A DNA stretch of 64,000 nucleotides from Gammaproteobacteria bacterium. GTDB lineage: Bacteria > Pseudomonadota > Gammaproteobacteria > GCA-002705445 > GCA-002716945. Shown here one piece after another: positions 63,034 through 64,000 of the stretch. The notes under the pieces were generated by a model. That model did no database searches. It was not told the DNA's origin and saw nothing but the letters and a program-made list of their open reading frames with translations. Made by a program: the position numbers and the translations under genes. The stretch is from NCBI GenBank assembly GCA_038142325.1, contig JAYQJW010000002.1, forward strand, positions 651,328 through 715,327, given 5' to 3'. The stretch's first letter is position 1. Every line of letters begins with the position of its first letter.

Positions 63034-64000
63034 TATTTTTTTGTAATGTACATATCAATTGATGATTTTTCTTATCAATTGACTTGATATCACATTTGAT
63101 GGTTTGTGAAATTTCAAATTTATTGGATTCAAGGATATCTTTTAATTCTTTTTGTAAAAGTTTGAGTGAGCCAGTTAAAGATCCGTTTATCTTAAGGTAT
63201 ACGCCTGTTTCAGATATACTTACAATCTCGGCGTCAACTGAACTTCCTATCTCAATATTTTCAGTCAGTTTTAAAAAATTAGATTCTATAAATTGTTTAA
63301 TACCAAGTGAAATTCTCTCTCTATCAGAGTCAATTGAGATTACGACGAAATCGATTTGATCACCCTTTTTATATGTTCTTATAAAGTCTTCAGGCTTGCC
63401 AAGGCTAGTAATGTCAGAAATGTGAACTAGGCCATCAATCCCTCCTTCTAAACCAACAAAAATTCCAAAATCAGTGATAGATTTGATTTCACATCTAAGC
63501 TCATCACCCTTTTGATGATTATTTGAAAACTCAATCCATGGATTTGGCAAACACTGTTTATAACTTAACGATAGTCGTCTTTTATCATCATCTATTTCGA
63601 TTACCTTAACATTGATTTTATCGCCAAGATTAAGTACTTTGTTTGGATTTATATTTTTATTAGTCCAATCAAGTTCAGATGTGCGAACTAAACCCTCTAT
63701 GTTATTTCCTAAATCTACAAAAACACCGTAGTCTGCAATATTAACAACCGTACTTTCATAAACTTCATTGAGCTCAATATTTCCATCAACTTTTTCCCAT
63801 GGATCTTCAGTTAATTGTTTCATGCCAAGGCTTACTCGGTTCTTGTCTTCATCATATTTCAAAACAGAAACCTCAATTTCATCACCAACTTTAAGTACTT
63901 CTTGAGGATGGTTAATTCGTTTCCATGAAATATCTGTGATATGCAATAGTCCATCCATGCCTCCAAGATCAATGAATGCGCCATAATCTGTTAAGTTTTT
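63026..64000 (-). CDS. rpsA: 30S ribosomal protein S1 (5' part outside the window)
   Basis: Repeated S1 domains: DGLLHITDISW, DYGVFV, DFGIFVGLEGGIDGLVHISD. Confidence 0.97.
   Translation of the reverse strand, partial: KNLTDYGAFIDLGGMDGLLHITDISWKRINHPQEVLKVGDEIEVSVLKYDEDKNRVSLGMKQLTEDPWEKVDGNIELNEVYESTVVNIADYGVFVDLGNNIEGLVRTSELDWTNKNINPNKVLNLGDKINVKVIEIDDDKRRLSLSYKQCLPNPWIEFSNNHQKGDELRCEIKSITDFGIFVGLEGGIDGLVHISDITSLGKPEDFIRTYKKGDQIDFVVISIDSDRERISLGIKQFIESNFLKLTENIEIGSSVDAEIVSISETGVYLKINGSLTGSLKLLQKELKDILESNKFEISQTIKCDIKSIDKKNHQLICTLQKNSE

Overview
AT-rich, extremely gene-dense core-genome segment of a streamlined, probably marine, gammaproteobacterium. Gene order matches non-enteric Gammaproteobacteria: thrS-infC-rpmI-rplT-pheST-ihfA-merR, nnr-tsaE-miaA-hflKC-yjeT-hisZ-purA-rlmB-rpsF-rpsR-rplI-dnaB, smc-ligA, the isc operon-ndk-hisS-yfgM-bamB-der, queA-tgt-yajC-secDF and rpsA-ihfB-lapAB-pyrF. 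There are about 70 CDS and 3 tRNAs (Val-GAC, Asn-GTT, Leu-CAA). No CRISPR, IS or prophage was seen. About 20 genes, many of them essential, are split by small indels, mostly single bases in A/T homopolymers, most likely long-read assembly errors; they are annotated here as whole genes. Most notable observations: (1) a ~146-aa stand-alone protein carrying the apparent catalytic signature of sulfur oxygenase reductase (Cys...HxxxH...Glu), i.e. a possible half-size mini-SOR; (2) an SMC with intact heads but no hinge domain; (3) a prfB frameshift site with GUU-UGA-C instead of CUU-UGA-C; (4) an isc operon lacking iscU; (5) an alphaproteobacterial-looking typA beside tRNA-Asn; (6) a catalytically eroded SuhB; (7) a PD-(D/E)XK exonuclease coupled into the translation operon. 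All family assignments come from manual motif recognition; no searches were run.
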